From Rhina ancylostomus (taxonomy: Eukaryota), in contig JARFYF010000058.1 of assembly GCA_030265395.1 (NCBI GenBank), forward strand, positions 17,238,012 to 17,302,011: 64,000 nucleotides of DNA, written 5' to 3'. The number at the start of each line of letters is the position of its first letter. Position 1 is the stretch's first letter. The notes under the pieces are model-generated. The model was not told the DNA's origin, ran no database searches, and saw only the letters and a program-made list of their open reading frames with translations. Positions 35,601 through 48,999 of the stretch are shown here, piece by piece. Position numbers and translations under genes: made by a program.

Positions 35601-36771
35601 ATTCTCAACATTTTGTTCAATCAAAGGAGTACTGTTTTTAGTTTTTAATACTGACATAACATTTCTTTTGTCTTCAGAGTACCTGATCGGCTTTTGTAAA
35701 TTTTCTACTTTTTTTTAGCAGGGCTAAGAATATTGAGAATGCTCAAAGTTGCTACTGATTTGAGCAGGATACATCATAGGCCAGCTTTTGGCATGAGACT
35801 GAGTACTAGTCTTGTTTTTCGTTCTTACATATACTCTTTGTTAAGTTCAGTAAACCCTCATTTATTCATGCATCTGGAATTTTCATGCAACTCACAAAGA
35901 TTTCCAAGAATATTAAATAATTTCTTTTTTTTCAAAAATATAAAATTCAAATTTGGCACGCTGTGTTCCGATGTGATGTATGATGTAGTTTCACCTTCTT
36001 TGTTCCCACTTTTAGTGTGAGAGAAGGAAGGCAATGCAAATCTCCTTGGCCTTCAACTTTAAATCACAAGAGTTCTGTTGAACCTGATGAAATGTCATTA
36101 GAGCATCCAGAACACAGTGAATAAACTACATTGTCCTTTTGACATTTGGAATTGAGTGATTTTAGTTTAAGTTGTAGTTTAGCCTGGGCTAGGCTATGTG
36201 TAAATATCAGGAACTTTGTTGGAGGTGAGGTGCAGCATTGCAGCAAAGAAGNNNNNNNNNNNNNNNNNNNNNNNNNNNNNNNNNNNNNNNNNNNNNNNNN
36301 NNNNNNNNNNNNNNNNNNNNNNNNNNNNNNNNNNNNNNNNNNNNNNNNNNNAAAGAAGATTGAAAAAGATGCTTGGGTATTGATGTAGCTTTGCTTGACA
36401 CCAGTCTGTGTAACATAGGAATGGTTTAGCAATATCAGGAATAAAATTTAAAAAGTCAAGCCTGATCACCTTGGGACTTAAAGAAAAGAGTTGTGTGAAC
36501 TTATTTCATAATTGTGTATTTGCTATATTTTTGTGTCCAATTAATAAATGCTTTTTAATAATTAATAATACTTTTGCCAGCTTAACTATAAGAAGTTATT
36601 TATTAAGTTTAAAGAGAATTCTTTGCACCATATTATACATGGTTAAATATGAGACATGGCTAAATCAGATCAAATGAGTTGATTTGACAAGTATATTAAT
36701 CTCTAACCTTTGCACCTTAGCTTGAATTCAGGCATGTGCAGCATAGTGAAAGGCTCCGTCCTCTGGAAGAT

Positions 36772-37925
36772 AGAATCATAAACTCATTGAATCATAGAAA
36801 GGGATAGCACAGGAGCAGGCCCTTTTGGCTCACCTTGTCCATGCTGACCATGATGCCCAGCTACACTAATCACATTTGCCCATATTAGACCCATATCCCT
36901 CTATGTCTCCCCCTCCAAGTATCTGTCCAAACACCGTTTAAGTGATGTATTTGTATCTGCATCCAACACCTCCTCTGGCAACTCATTCCAGATATTTGCC
37001 ACCCTCTGTGTGAAAAATTTGCTCCTCAGATCTCCTTTAAATTTCTCCTCTATCACCTTAAACCTGTGATGTCTGGTTCTAGACTCCACTCCCCTCAGGT
37101 AAAGATTCTGAATATCTATCCTAGCTATATCTTTCATAATTTTACAAACCTCCATAAGGTCACCCTTCAGCTTCTGATGTTCCAATGGGAATAAACCCAC
37201 CTAACGCTATTACAGCACCAACAACCCGGGTTCAATTCTGGCCACTGTCTGTAAAGAGTTTGTATGTTCTCCCTTTAACTGCATGGGTTTCCTCCAGATG
37301 CTCCGGTTTCCTTCCACATTCCAAAGACGTATGGGTTAGGAAGTTGGTGCTGGAAGCGTGATGACACTTGTGGGCTGCCCCCAAAACACTCTACGCAAAA
37401 GATGAACACTGTGTGTTTCAATGTACATGTGACTAATGAAGACATCTCATCTCATCTCTCCTTATTTCTTATACAGCCCTCCATTCCAGGCAACATCCTG
37501 TTGAACCTTTTCTACACTCTCTCTATTGTTACCATATCTTTCCTGTAGTGCAGCAACCTGAACGGTGCACAGTACTCTAAGTGCAGTCCAACCAATGTTT
37601 TGTACAATGCAACATGAACTCCCAACTCAATACCTCAACCTATGAAGGCAAGCACACCAAATGCCTTTTTCACTACTCCATCTTTATGTGTCACCACTTT
37701 CAGAGAGCTATGGACTTGCACCCCAAGGTCTCTCTATACATCAACTTTCCAAATGTTCCTGCCATTTACTTTATATATCCTACCAATATTTGATTTCTCA
37801 AGGGGCACAACCTCATACTTGTCTGGATTATCTTCCATCTGTCTCCATATCAGCCAACTGTCCAGTTGACCTAGATCCCGCTGTATCATTAGATAACCTT
37901 CTCTGCTATCTATGATTCCATCAAA
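36772..37925 (-). mobile_element. CR1 LINE, 3' ~900 bp, interrupted by a SINE
   Basis: ORF 36901-37200 contains LKGDLMEVCKIMK...FFTQRVANIWNELPEEV. RT sequence continues at 37460-37925. Confidence 0.9.
37202..37458 (+). mobile_element. V-SINE, 5'-truncated, non-CR1 tail
   Basis: B-box gggttcaattc and V-domain. Highly similar to 61939-62232. Confidence 0.85.
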
Positions 37926-38499
37926 AAAATATAAACACAGAATTTGTGACTGTCTTTATTATTACAATAATTTCTATCTGACTATTCAGAAATCCCAATA
38001 GTTTGGGATCTGGCTCCAGTGAAAGAAAGTAATGAGGCACTCACTGAAGTCCCAGTTTCCGCATTCCTTTCCACTCACCAGTGCTCTGGATGCCACATTC
38101 CCCATGCAGTAGCTGGGGCCTTTGTTCCCGTGATCCCTGTCCACTCACTGAAGTCCCCATCCCCACACTCCTGCTGAGGTTATCTTTAAATAAAATCACC
38201 TGGTTCAGTTGGCTGCAGTCCCTTCAAACTTACCTGGTTCTATTTCACATACTGTCTTTAAACTTGACTAGGACTTGTTTCCCATGGTCCCGTTAACCTT
38301 ATGGTTTACTTTAAAAAATAGTATTCTTCCTGCAGTGCTTAAGGGAAAAGTGAATTGAATATATGATGGGGCATTAATAGAATAACATCCGATGGTCCAG
38401 GAAATCCACTGGTCCACCACCGCCAACGTCCTGAGCTTGCTGGATTAAAGAAGTTCTACTGTAGTCACTGCACGATAAAGTTCAATAAGGCAGCAGGAA

Positions 38500-38890
38500 C
38501 TTGGGCTAATTACCCAACACTCATGGTGGGGAAATCTGTGCCAGGTCCAAAGAGGTGTTGATTTTAAGTGAAGGAAATAGCTTTGAGTGCCTCAGGTAAG
38601 AGACTTTAATATTAGTTTAATTATACTCTTTTAAATCTTTCCAAGAATGTTTTTTTAAATTTTTAATGGCTTGTTAACTTCAAATTTTTAATGTTTAACC
38701 AAGTTGTTAAAGGTACCTTGGAGACATTCAGAAATATTAAGAATGCTTTTGAATGATTCCAGACTGAATAGACTAATTCTGGGGGCCTGACTTACTTATC
38801 TATCAAAGTCTGCCCTCAGTCTGTGGGTGGGGCTAATTTTGTCCACCACACTTTTAGACCATTGGACTATTAGGTCAATCCCACTTGCAT
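38500..38890. mobile_element. AT-core element in the opposite orientation
   Basis: aggtaag at 38594-38600 followed by a T-rich core and gagacattcagaaa (reverse complement of the family motif). Confidence 0.4.
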
Positions 38891-39257
38891 CTATTTGTTT
38901 CATATCTTTTATTACAAATACTTTGTGTATTGAGATGCAATAATTTTAATTTTAGCTTATTATCACACTTACCCTTGAATTATGTTTGTTAACTGATGCA
39001 CTATTACCATTTATCCCTTTCTATCTTACTCTTATTATTCCCCAATGAGCCAGTTTGTTTTATGGCCTCATTGTTTCCTAAAATTTTAACCTATCCCTTG
39101 TATCATTTCTGCTTTTCCCCACCTTTATTTGTTGAAAATGTTGTCTTTAGTTATCTAGTTCAGCAGGACTGTGGTTGCTATCCAGCCTAAGTAGAATCCA
39201 TCCCAGTGGAACTGCTCCATCTTGTCTGATACTAGTACCAATGCCCCATTAATGGAT

Positions 39258-41150
39258 CATAGGACTATAAGAAATAGGAAGGGGAGTAGGATATTCAACC
39301 TCTCAGCTATTCTACCATTCAATAAGATTGTGGCTGTTCCAATTTTCCTTGGCCACTTTCTCTCCTATCTCCATGAATTTTGATTCCCTGACTGCTTTGA
39401 ATATATTCATGAATTTAACATCCACAGCTTTCTGGGATAAGGAATTCCAAAGACTCACAACCCTTTGAGAGAAGAAATACTTCGTCATTTAAGTCTTTTA
39501 ACTCCCCCTCCCACCTTATTCTAAGACTAGGGCCTCTGGTCCCTGACTCACCCTGGAAGGGAAACATCCTTCTTGCATTTACCATATCAAGTCCCCTAAG
39601 AATTTTATATGTTTCAATAAGATCATCCACACATGCTTCTAAACTCCAATGAGTGCATACCTAGCTGTTCAACCTTTCCTCATCTGAGGAGACGTTAGGG
39701 GGAATTTTTCATGCAGAGCATGGTTGGAATCTGGAAACCCTGCCTGAGGAGGTGTGAAGGAAAGTACTCTCACAACCTTCAAGCTGCACCTAAGCAAGTG
39801 TAGAAGACTACAGACCAAATGTGGGACTAGTGTAGATAAGTTCAAGCTTCCCATACCCACAATAATCCTTGTGAGCTTTCTCTGAACTACCGCCAATAAT
39901 AATAAATCTTTCCTTAAATATGAGGGCCACAATGTACACAGTGCTCTGGGCATAGTCTTTCTCACTCGTCCAATTGTAATAAGACTTCCCAACTTTTATA
40001 CCCCAGTCACCTTGAAACAAAAATTATCATTCCATTAGCCTTCCTGATTACTTGCTTTATCTGTCTGCTTTGTATAAAAAGACCACCAAATATCTTTGAG
40101 GTGTGGCTTAATGTGCTTCCTCTGTTTAAATAATAATCTGTTTTATCATTCTTCCTTGCATTTTGCCCAAATTACCACAACAACTTTTTGTCTGCTCAAT
40201 AAATCTATCAATATCTGAATACTATTTGCATTGTCCTCACAGATTGCTTTGCCCTCTATTTTTGTATCATCTGCAAATTTGGCTACTATACTGTACATTT
40301 GCTTCCCTCAAAATCATTAATAAGCAGCTGCAGTGTCAGCAATGATCCTTGTGGCACCCCAATTGTTATAGATTGCTAACCTGACAATGATTCCTTTATC
40401 TCTAATTGATGTTTCCTGCTAGTCCGCTCTTCATGCTAATACCTTACCTTCAACACTATGAACCCTTATCTTGTGAAGTAAGCATTAATGTGGCACATTG
40501 TTGAACACTTTATGTATTACGTCTACTGATTATCCTCTGGCAGATACTTCCTCAAAGAACTCAAATAAAGGTGTCGGACAGAATTTCCCCTTCATGCTGA
40601 CCCTGCCTGATCAGATTACGATTTTCCAAATGTTCTGCTTTTGCTTCCTTAACAAATGATTCTATCATTTTACTCAAAATAGACATTAATTACCTGTCTG
40701 TGGTCATCTGATTTTTGAGTCCCACCCTTTTTGAATAACAAAGGCAGTTTTCCAGTCCTGTGGTACCTCTCCATTCATTTCTTTTAGGATCCTAGAATGC
40801 AAACAATCATTTTTCTGATACTAACTCTCTAGTGGTGATGATTGTACTTAATCCCTCACCCCGGGTACTTTTTTAGTGGGATGTTTGTAGTATCTTCTAG
40901 CATAAAGGCTAATGAAAAATATCCGTTTAAATCCTCTGCCCTTTCCTTGTTCGCCCTATTTCCCTAGCCTTATTCCTTAAGGAGACTTTATTCACTTTGA
41001 GCTCCCTCTACATTCTTATATAATTAAAGAATGCTTTTAATTTCAGTTTTGATACTTCTTCCTGGTTTGCCCTCGGTTTATTTTTTTTCTTCTTGATGAT
41101 TTTGGTCCTCCTTTGATGGCTTCCCAGTGTTTGGGTCTATCACATTTGCT
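39258..41150 (-). mobile_element. Old CR1 LINE ~1.9 kb with a + strand CR1 3' fragment at about 39680-39850
   Basis: DDLIETYKILRGLD, cttgtggcacccc (reverse GVPQG) and tether-region remnants. Confidence 0.8.
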
Positions 41151-41295
41151 TTTTTCTTCAACTTATTAGGACTTGCTTCTTAAAGATTTCCCCCAGTTCT
41201 GATGAAAGCTCACCGATCTGAAACATTAATGCCTTTGCTTTTCTCCACAGATATTGCCATATCTCTTGAGTAGTTCTACCAATGTCTGTTCTTAT
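41150..41295 (+). mobile_element. Penelope-type terminal repeat with hammerhead core
   Basis: agtt-CTGATGA-a-agctc(acc)gatct-GAAA-catt-aat at 41195-41230. Confidence 0.7.
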
Positions 41296-41799
41296 TCCAT
41301 GAGGATAATCTCTCCTGCTTTTCACCCTTTGATGGACCATCAAGACACTGTAATCCTCTCAATATGATAGCCATTTGGCATATCCTACTGTACATTCTGC
41401 AATCCTTAAATAAGGGAGCGGATGTTGTCTTTGACTGGAAATTAATTACTACATTAAAAAAATGCAGATTATACCATTATCATGCCACAGTGCTGCAGCT
41501 CATAATTTGTATCACATGAATGAGTTGCTGCTGGGTTGGATCAAACTATTTAATTTTCCCTGCATGGGTCTTTGTGGCATCCAACAGCAAAGTTAAACTA
41601 TCATTGGATTCTCTTCCCAAGGGAAACTTGTGTATATATAATTGCAAGGCCAAAGTGAGTCATCGAGCTGATTATACATCACTTTACTTTGAGCAGAATT
41701 TGCCACAGCCCTTTTTATTTGTTTTAGGGAGATCAGTCATATTAATAATAAGACAATTGTTAATGTGGGCATGTTTCTATGTAGCCAATCTGATCTGAT

Positions 41800-42820
41800 C
41801 TAATCTGGCATTTTATTTCAGGAAGGATTTCATCTGATCTGATCTCACAGAGTTGAAAATTTTTGTTGCGGAAACAAAGAAGGTTGATGAAAGGAATGTA
41901 GTAGAGGTCATCTGTATGGATTTTCCAAAGCCATTTGACACCCCTATAAAAGATTGATGAGCAAAACTGAGGGCCCTGGAATAAAAGATCAGAAGCTGGA
42001 TGAATAATGGATTGGCTCAAGGATAGTAAGTACAGATTTTGGTAAATGATTGCAATTTTTTTGACGAGGGAATGGCCAGCTGTGTTTTCAGGCATCAGCA
42101 TGTATAATATCTTTTTTGATGCAGATCTCAATCTGGTAAACTTATAAAATCTGCAGACCACACTAAATTGAGAGAAAGCAGAATGAAGGGTCATTGATGG
42201 AAGGGTCAGAAATTAGGAAACAAAATGCAAATGCGTGCTAAAAAACCCAAAGGTAACAGGAAGAAGTAGTTTAAGGTCTGGTTAAGCAGCTGGTTAAGGT
42301 CTGGAATAGTAATGGAGGCGGATTCACTTGTGGTCTTCAATTGTGGCTCTTCCATTACCACTTGTAAACTCGGGAACAATTGTGAAAAAGGACTGTTTAT
42401 GGCTAATTTTCAACTTTTAGTGTACTTCCATGCTATGGGATTTGCAATAGTCAGTGATGAATTGCTACTAATGTTCACTAGTACACAATAGTGTTTTTAA
42501 TGATGGTGGATTTGGAAGAGAATCATTGTGCATAAATATTCTGGAGTTCTCTAACGTTCCTGGAAATATACTATTGAAAGTAGTAGACTTCATAGATACC
42601 AAAGCAGGTGAATGAAATGGTGAATGCATGGCAAATAAAATTCAATAAAAAGACTTTTGAAGTGATATCTTTTGGTGGGAAGGATTTGGAAAAGAACTTC
42701 AAGCTAAGTGGTATGATTTAAAAAGGGTGTAGGATCAAAGAGTGCTTTGAAGGTAGCAGGACACATTAACAAAACAGTTAATAAAATCTATAGGATCATA
42801 GACTTTATAAATTGAGACTG
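41800..42820 (+). mobile_element. Old CR1 RT fragments
   Basis: MDFPKPFD-like motif at about 41916 and WQIKFN...EVISFGGK at about 42630-42680. Confidence 0.65.
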
Positions 42821-45071
42821 GGTCTGGAAATCCTATCACAGCACAACACTTGTGAGATGTGATGAATTTCAATATTTTCAAAATTGCAATCTCCAACTGT
42901 GAGACTCACTGTTTAAGATTTGGCTTCCAGATTCACTGTGTGTCTGATGTACTAATACAAGAAGGTGCCTGAGAACATGACTTCCTTGAAATTTACTCTC
43001 ATGCAGAAACAATGAATGCGAGGCCATGCTTTTGTGAGAATGAAAAAGAATCTGCTTGAGTAGGTCCCAGACCATGAAGTTTGGTGTTGAAAATTGTCTT
43101 GAAAAAGGTATTTTTTAAGTTGAAAATTTACCTTTACTGGAGCCATCTTTTGGGGTGACCACCACACCTTGGTTTTGACTGACTCATCTGATTGCAACCA
43201 TGATCCTGATCGTGAGCTTGACCAACCCCTTGCAGTCAATCGCAACCCCACTTGCTGCATTCATCTGGCCCATGAGATCCCACTCCATATTTACAGAAGG
43301 AAGCTCTCCAAAAGGGAAGAGTTAAAATGAAGAAGCAGACATTTGATTAACATCAAGTAGCAGAATCAAGTAGCAGGACATTACGAAAAAGATTTATGCA
43401 ATGAATGGTTAGCATTTGGACAACAACATGTGATAGAGTGGTGGATAAAAATTCAATATTATACTTCATAATAGAATTGGATATAAACCAGGAAATGGGA
43501 GCCAATGAGGTTGGCCCTTGAAAGAGCTGTTGGAGAAAAGAAGGTTTGAAAAGTTTTCTGTGATGCAATAATCTGAGATTCAACTATTTATTTTTGCTGA
43601 AAATAGCAGTTCCCCAGGCTTTGCACATTTTTCACCATTTCTCCTCAGTCAAGCATAAGGATTTAATATGGCTTTTTGGGATCGGTATCTTGAGATCCAG
43701 AGAGAATGGAGTAGAAATTCCACCTTAGTTGATACATAATGCCAGAATTAGCGGTGGAGAATGAGGAGTTGGGGAAGAGCAGCTCTGGACATTTTCACGG
43801 CTTCATCCAATCTAGGATTTCTTTCAAATTGGAGAATTTGGACCTGTGGCAAAGTCACTCATTAAAGAATGGATCCTTGGTGCAAAAACCTGAGAACTGA
43901 CAGTAGGTGAAAGGAAGAAAAATTATCAATAAATTGTACTCATAAAGCTGAACCTTAGTAGTTAGAGGATTGGACATATTGCTTCAGAGAAACGCTCTAA
44001 TTGGGAGTGTCTTCTGCTCTTTGTTCGGGACCTTCAACTGGAGCTCAATAGCTGTGCTACAAGGAATACTGCAAGGTGGATGAAGTCCCATAATGAGATC
44101 TAAAGCCTGGAAGATTTATTTCTATTGACCTGTATTCTTTAACAACTTTTCGCAGCAATCTACTGATTTTTATTTTCTTGGTTCTGAGGTGTTCTTTTTT
44201 TTAAACAGTATTTTAATTTTGCACGTGTGAAGCATTGAAAGAACAAAGGATACTGGTGTTTTACTCATGGATTTATGGCTCACATCTTTCCTTCTCAGAT
44301 GAAAGAAACAACTTTAAAGAAGCAATTTCTGAGTCTTATTGGAGACTCTTAAGAATGGTGTTCTTTTGTATGTGTTTTTCATTTGCATATATAGACTTGT
44401 AGTTTTCTTCAATATTATTCTGTGAGTTTGCCATTTTCTGTCAAGTAAGTGATGCTCTATTCTTAATGATCTTAATCTGCAAAATTGTGCAGTAGTAGCA
44501 CTCTGGGCAATTATAACTGGATGATAAATGATTATTGAGAAATTAATCATCCATTTTCCACTTGGAAATGAATGAAGATGAGACTAAATTGTGCTCATCT
44601 TTATTTCTGCTTTAGCATGTGTCTTTCCTTTCTCTTCCACATGGCCTGGTCCTTTACTAACAGTGATATCTATTGTCCCCAGCTCCTGAATTATCTGTAT
44701 ATGGACCTCAAAAGACCTTTGCTCACTTTGTGGGCTGCTGGAGGATTTTGCCAGAGGTGAAAATTAACTCCAGAATAACGAGAGCTTCAGAAAAATGTAG
44801 GCAGGTACATGATTTGTTTATTATTTGATTTTATATAATTTACAAAATGGTTTCACACTTACGTCATGCTGATTCATAATAGGTGTATTGGGTTGCTGAG
44901 CAATGCACAGCTTAGACACTCCAGCACAGTGAGATAGCAGAGAAAAGGGCAGTCTGTTCCAAAGTGAGATTTGGCAGTAGAGAATTCAGCAATTAAAGAT
45001 CTGATGAGGCCTGTGGGCTGGAGCCCTTTACTATGGTGGTAAAACTGGGGGGAAAAGTGTGTTTGAAAGTT

Positions 45072-45300
45072 AAAAACTGCAGATGCTGGAAATCTGAACT
45101 AAAACAGAAAATGCTGGAAACATTCATAAGTCAGTCTGCATCTGTGGAAAGAGAAATAGTTAACTTTTCAGGTTGAAAGCTCTCATCGGAATTGGGAAAG
45201 TGAGAAAAGAAGTTACAGAGAACATGGGGGACGGATGGATCAAACAAAGGGAATATGATAGTTAAGGCCAGGGTGGCCAAGATATTCCTGTTGCTTACAA
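45072..45300 (-). mobile_element. Penelope-type terminal repeat
   Basis: Reverse strand ttccgatgagagctttcaacctgaaaagttaact...cagcatctgcag. Confidence 0.7.
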
Positions 45301-45424
45301 AGTGATCTGGTGAACAGTATAGAGAGGGGAATTGGAGAGAGAGAAAACTAAAAAAAGGACACGTTAAAGTGGAGGTATACAAGTCAGAGCTGTTGCTGAA
45401 TCAAGAAACCAAAAGGAGAATGAG

Positions 45425-45725
45425 AAGGAGAAAAGGAGGTATCAAGAACTAGAGGGCATAGGTTTAAGGTGAGAGGCAAAAGATTTAAGAGGAACTTGAG
45501 GGGCACATTTTTTTACTCAAAGGATGGTTTCTATGTGGAATCAGCTGCCAGAGGAAGTGGTTGAGGCAGGTACAATAACAACTTTTAAAAGACAGTTGGA
45601 CAGATACATGGAATGGAAAGGTTTAGAAGGTTATGGGCCAAACGCTGGAAAATGGGACTAGCTTGGATGGGGCATCTTGGTTGGCATGGACCAGTTGGGC
45701 CATGCTGTGTGACTCTGTGACTCTA
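45425..45725 (+). mobile_element. CR1 3' end
   Basis: RTRGHRFKVRG...WNQLPEEVV and a 3'UTR ending in a (ctctgtga)n tail. Confidence 0.9.
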
Positions 45726-46094
45726 TGAGAAGGCTGGAAACGCTCAGCACACCAGATAGCGTCTGTGGAGAGAGAACATTAGAGTTAATATTACAGACAG
45801 ATAACCTTACAACACAACCAACCAGATCTGATACTGGCCAGATACTTGGTGCAACATCAGCGCTGTGGCTTTTAGGGTCAGGGAAGAACATTGGGGTTAA
45901 GGTCTGATGGGCGATGATGATATGTCAGGGACCTGCACCTTTGGGGGTGAAGACTTGTGCCGAGGATCAGGCAGAGGGTGAGGCAAGAAGTAAAGTGGTT
46001 GGAGATCAAGGCCTTCACCAAGGACCCTGGTGGATCATGAGGTCATGGGGACAGAGTCTGGGCATTGGTGGATTGAGGATCTGATGATCAGGAG

Positions 46095-46174
46095 ATTGGG
46101 TTTAGTGGGAGTGTCAGTGCAATGCCAGGGGTACATTGGGTTTAGTGGGGGTGTCAGTGCAATGCCAGGGGTAC
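46095..46174 (+). repeat. Tandem duplication, 2 x 40 bp, one mismatch
   Basis: attgggtttagtggg(a/g)gtgtcagtgcaatgccaggggtac repeated at 46095 and 46135. Confidence 0.95.
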
Positions 46175-46619
46175 CCAAGGAATGGTGGGAAGTAAAGAAC
46201 TTAACTAATCGGGGTCTCATTTGAATGCTGTGTTGGGAACACCAGGTTGTTCCAGGAGCGTCCAATGATGGTGACTCGTTCATCCAAGCTTCCTGCACAG
46301 GGAACAATGTCGTATCTTGCCCATTAAGCATTAAGGAAATTTAGTCAGGATGTAAGAGTGATTCATGCTTGGAAGGCCCCAGTCGAATTTCCAGAATGAG
46401 GCAAAATGATCTTGAAATTATCATTACCGTGTTCCTCTTTGGGGTAAAGAAGTCTATTTTGAATGACGTGATGTGTGACTCAAAAAAATGTGATTTGATT
46501 GAATTTCTGGACAAATTGTACGATCACCATTGTTACTCCTCACACCCCCCCCATATCTTTAATCCAAAAAAATGCTGATGCGATTTGTAGGAACTTAATT
46601 AGGGAAAATAAATCTTAAA

Positions 46620-46870
46620 TCAAAGAAAGAGATTTTGGGAGGGATGACCAAATGTGTAGGTTTTAAGGTGTATTTTAGAAGAAACAAAAATAAGACAGTG
46701 AGATTGATAGGGAGGAGTTAGATCAACCCAGTAAATATCTGGCGTCAGTGAAGGGAAAGGGAGGTAATGTCCAAGATGCTAAAGTTAAAAGAATGGAATT
46801 ATATGGTCAGAGGAATGTACAGAAATAAGATGAAGTGAGGCTATGGAAGGGCTGAAAAGGACCTTTTAAT
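46620..46870 (-). mobile_element. L2 LINE relic
   Basis: Purine-rich strand matching the reverse of an L2 3' region (gtaggttttaagg...gaggctatggaaggg). Confidence 0.4.
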
Positions 46871-47199
46871 CTGTTATAATATTTCAGCTGAGTGAACAAA
46901 CTTGGTAAACACCAGCCTGACGATTCAGCTCCTCATGCTGGTTAATGAATAAGCAAACAGCGAGTAGCGATCCTGTGGGTCTCCTGAAACATACCTGTTT
47001 CCCCAACATCAGAAGACCAGTTTCAGTAATTCATCCAAACAGTGGTGAATGGATCTAGAAGATTGGAAAACTTGTGGCCCTCAGGACATGAAGGCTGAAA
47101 AAGAATCATAATCTGCTGTTCATTGGCTTTTAAAATTATAAGAATATTGAAAGCTTTGCAACTCCTTGGAAGGTACACCAGACAAGAAACGTAAGACTT

Positions 47200-47875
47200 A
47201 AAGTAGCATAACATCAAGCAGGCAGTTGCGGCATGGTTAGGTGGGTACATGGCATTTTTGGCCTTTATTGCAAGAGAACTGGAGTTAAGAAATAGGGCAG
47301 TATTGTCACAATGGTACAGGGTACTGGTGAGGCCACACCTGAAACACTATGTACAGTTTTGCTGCCCTCATTTCAGAAGGAACATACTGGCATTGGAGGC
47401 AGTCTGAAAGAGATTCACCAGTCTAATTTTTGAGATGAGAGGATTATTCAATCACAAGCAGTTAAAGAAATTAGTTCTATATTATTTGTTTAGAAGAATG
47501 TGGTGCAATCTAATTAAAATATATAATGTCCTTAGGGGGGCATGACAGAGTAGATGTGGCAATGTTTCCACTGGTGGGAGAATCTCAAACAAGAGGACAT
47601 AGTTACAAGATTAAGGAGTAATTACTTAAAACTGAAGTGCATTGGAATTTTTTCTTGCAGAGGGTGGTGAATTCTCTATCCCAGAGGGTTGTAAAAGTGA
47701 GATCACTGGGGGTATTTAAAGAATAAGTAGATATACTCTTGAGAAATCAGGTATTAAGGGCTATGGAGAATTGGCACAGAAGAGGAGATGAAGTCTGCAG
47801 CGGATCAGCCATGGACATATTGAATGGAGGGGCAGGTTTGAGGGGCTGAGTGGCCTACTCCTGCTCCTATTATGT
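47200..47875 (+). mobile_element. CR1 LINE 3' ~700 bp
   Basis: YRVLVRPHLKHYVQF motif and a 3'UTR ending ggcctactcctgctccta. Confidence 0.9.
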
Positions 47876-48999
47876 TACATTCGCAGCGGTATGATCGCAT
47901 CCCCAGTACAAAATAATTGTGTGCTAATGCTCTGATTTTTCACATAATAAGTTCCAAGCATGTTGCTATGGAAAGCCATTAAGTAACTATCACACAGTTC
48001 ACAAGAACAGAGGGAAAAAGCACAGTGTTCAGTAATCTCATGCTGTGCTCCTGTACCCTCTGGAAGAGACTGCTTTAAATTCAAATAGGCAAAGTTCTTG
48101 GGGTTATATTCTTGGATGGGGAGGATGTGTGTCAAGGGAAGAATTAAGAAGGGAAAAATGTAGAACAATAAAATACATTGCAAAGGAAAATAAAGTCAAA
48201 GTTAAAACCCACATTAAGCAGTAATAGCATGTGCTCTGAAAGTTTATTTTAACAAGCCATAGCTCAAAAGGAAAGTGAGTCTTATTAGTCAAAGCAAAAC
48301 TCCTCTACAAGGAAAAGAAAATTCCTCTGGAAGGAAAAGAAAACAGATGTGGAAATCAAATAAAAATAGCAAATGCTGAAAATATTCAGCAGCATTAAAG
48401 AGAAACTGATATTATTTCTAGTTGATGAACTTTATCAGATCCCAGTGAATGGGTCTTAAACCATTTGTATGTTTATGATCATATTGATCATTTGGTATTA
48501 ATTCAGTCAGGTGAATGTAAATGATTTGTGAGGATAAGTCAGAAGTCATCCTTAACAACTTCTGAGATTGAAAGAGATCTTGCTGTTTTAAAGATCCATT
48601 TTCAGTTGATTCATGTTAAAGCTTTTGGGTTTTATCTGTGAATAACATGGTGTTTTCCATACCCTGGACAATTTTAGAGTTGAATTGGTTGCCATATTAC
48701 TATCTTCTGTGGGCACTGGAAATGTTACCTTTTTGTATTGCAATTTTGGGATTCAATTGAACAACATATCAAAAAAATGTGAATGTAATCAGATAACATT
48801 TCTCTTAAAGCGAATACTGAAGATGCTGCAAATCCCTTATGAAAAAGAAAATGCTGGAAATACTCAACAGGTCAGACAGCATATATGAAGAAAGAAATAA
48901 GAACTGGTGTAACTGATCTCTCTCAGTCTCAGTTAGTATGCGCTGTGGTATAAATGGAAAGCAAATAGTGTTTTTGGTCTGGTTGCTTAGCAAGACAAA

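Noticed and set aside
44299-44367. 69-nt exon candidate (ctttccttctcag|...|gtatgt)
   Set aside because: Weak donor context (TTT|gtatgt), only one frame open, unrecognised peptide and no partner exon. Such matches are expected by chance in 64 kb.
45001-45023. Hammerhead-like ctgatga-ggcc(tgtg)ggct-ggag
   Set aside because: The required GAAA is GGAG, there is no stem I or III pairing, and it is not in the Penelope repeat context.
48301-48343. 22-bp tandem duplication
   Set aside because: A small local slippage-type event with no further structure.
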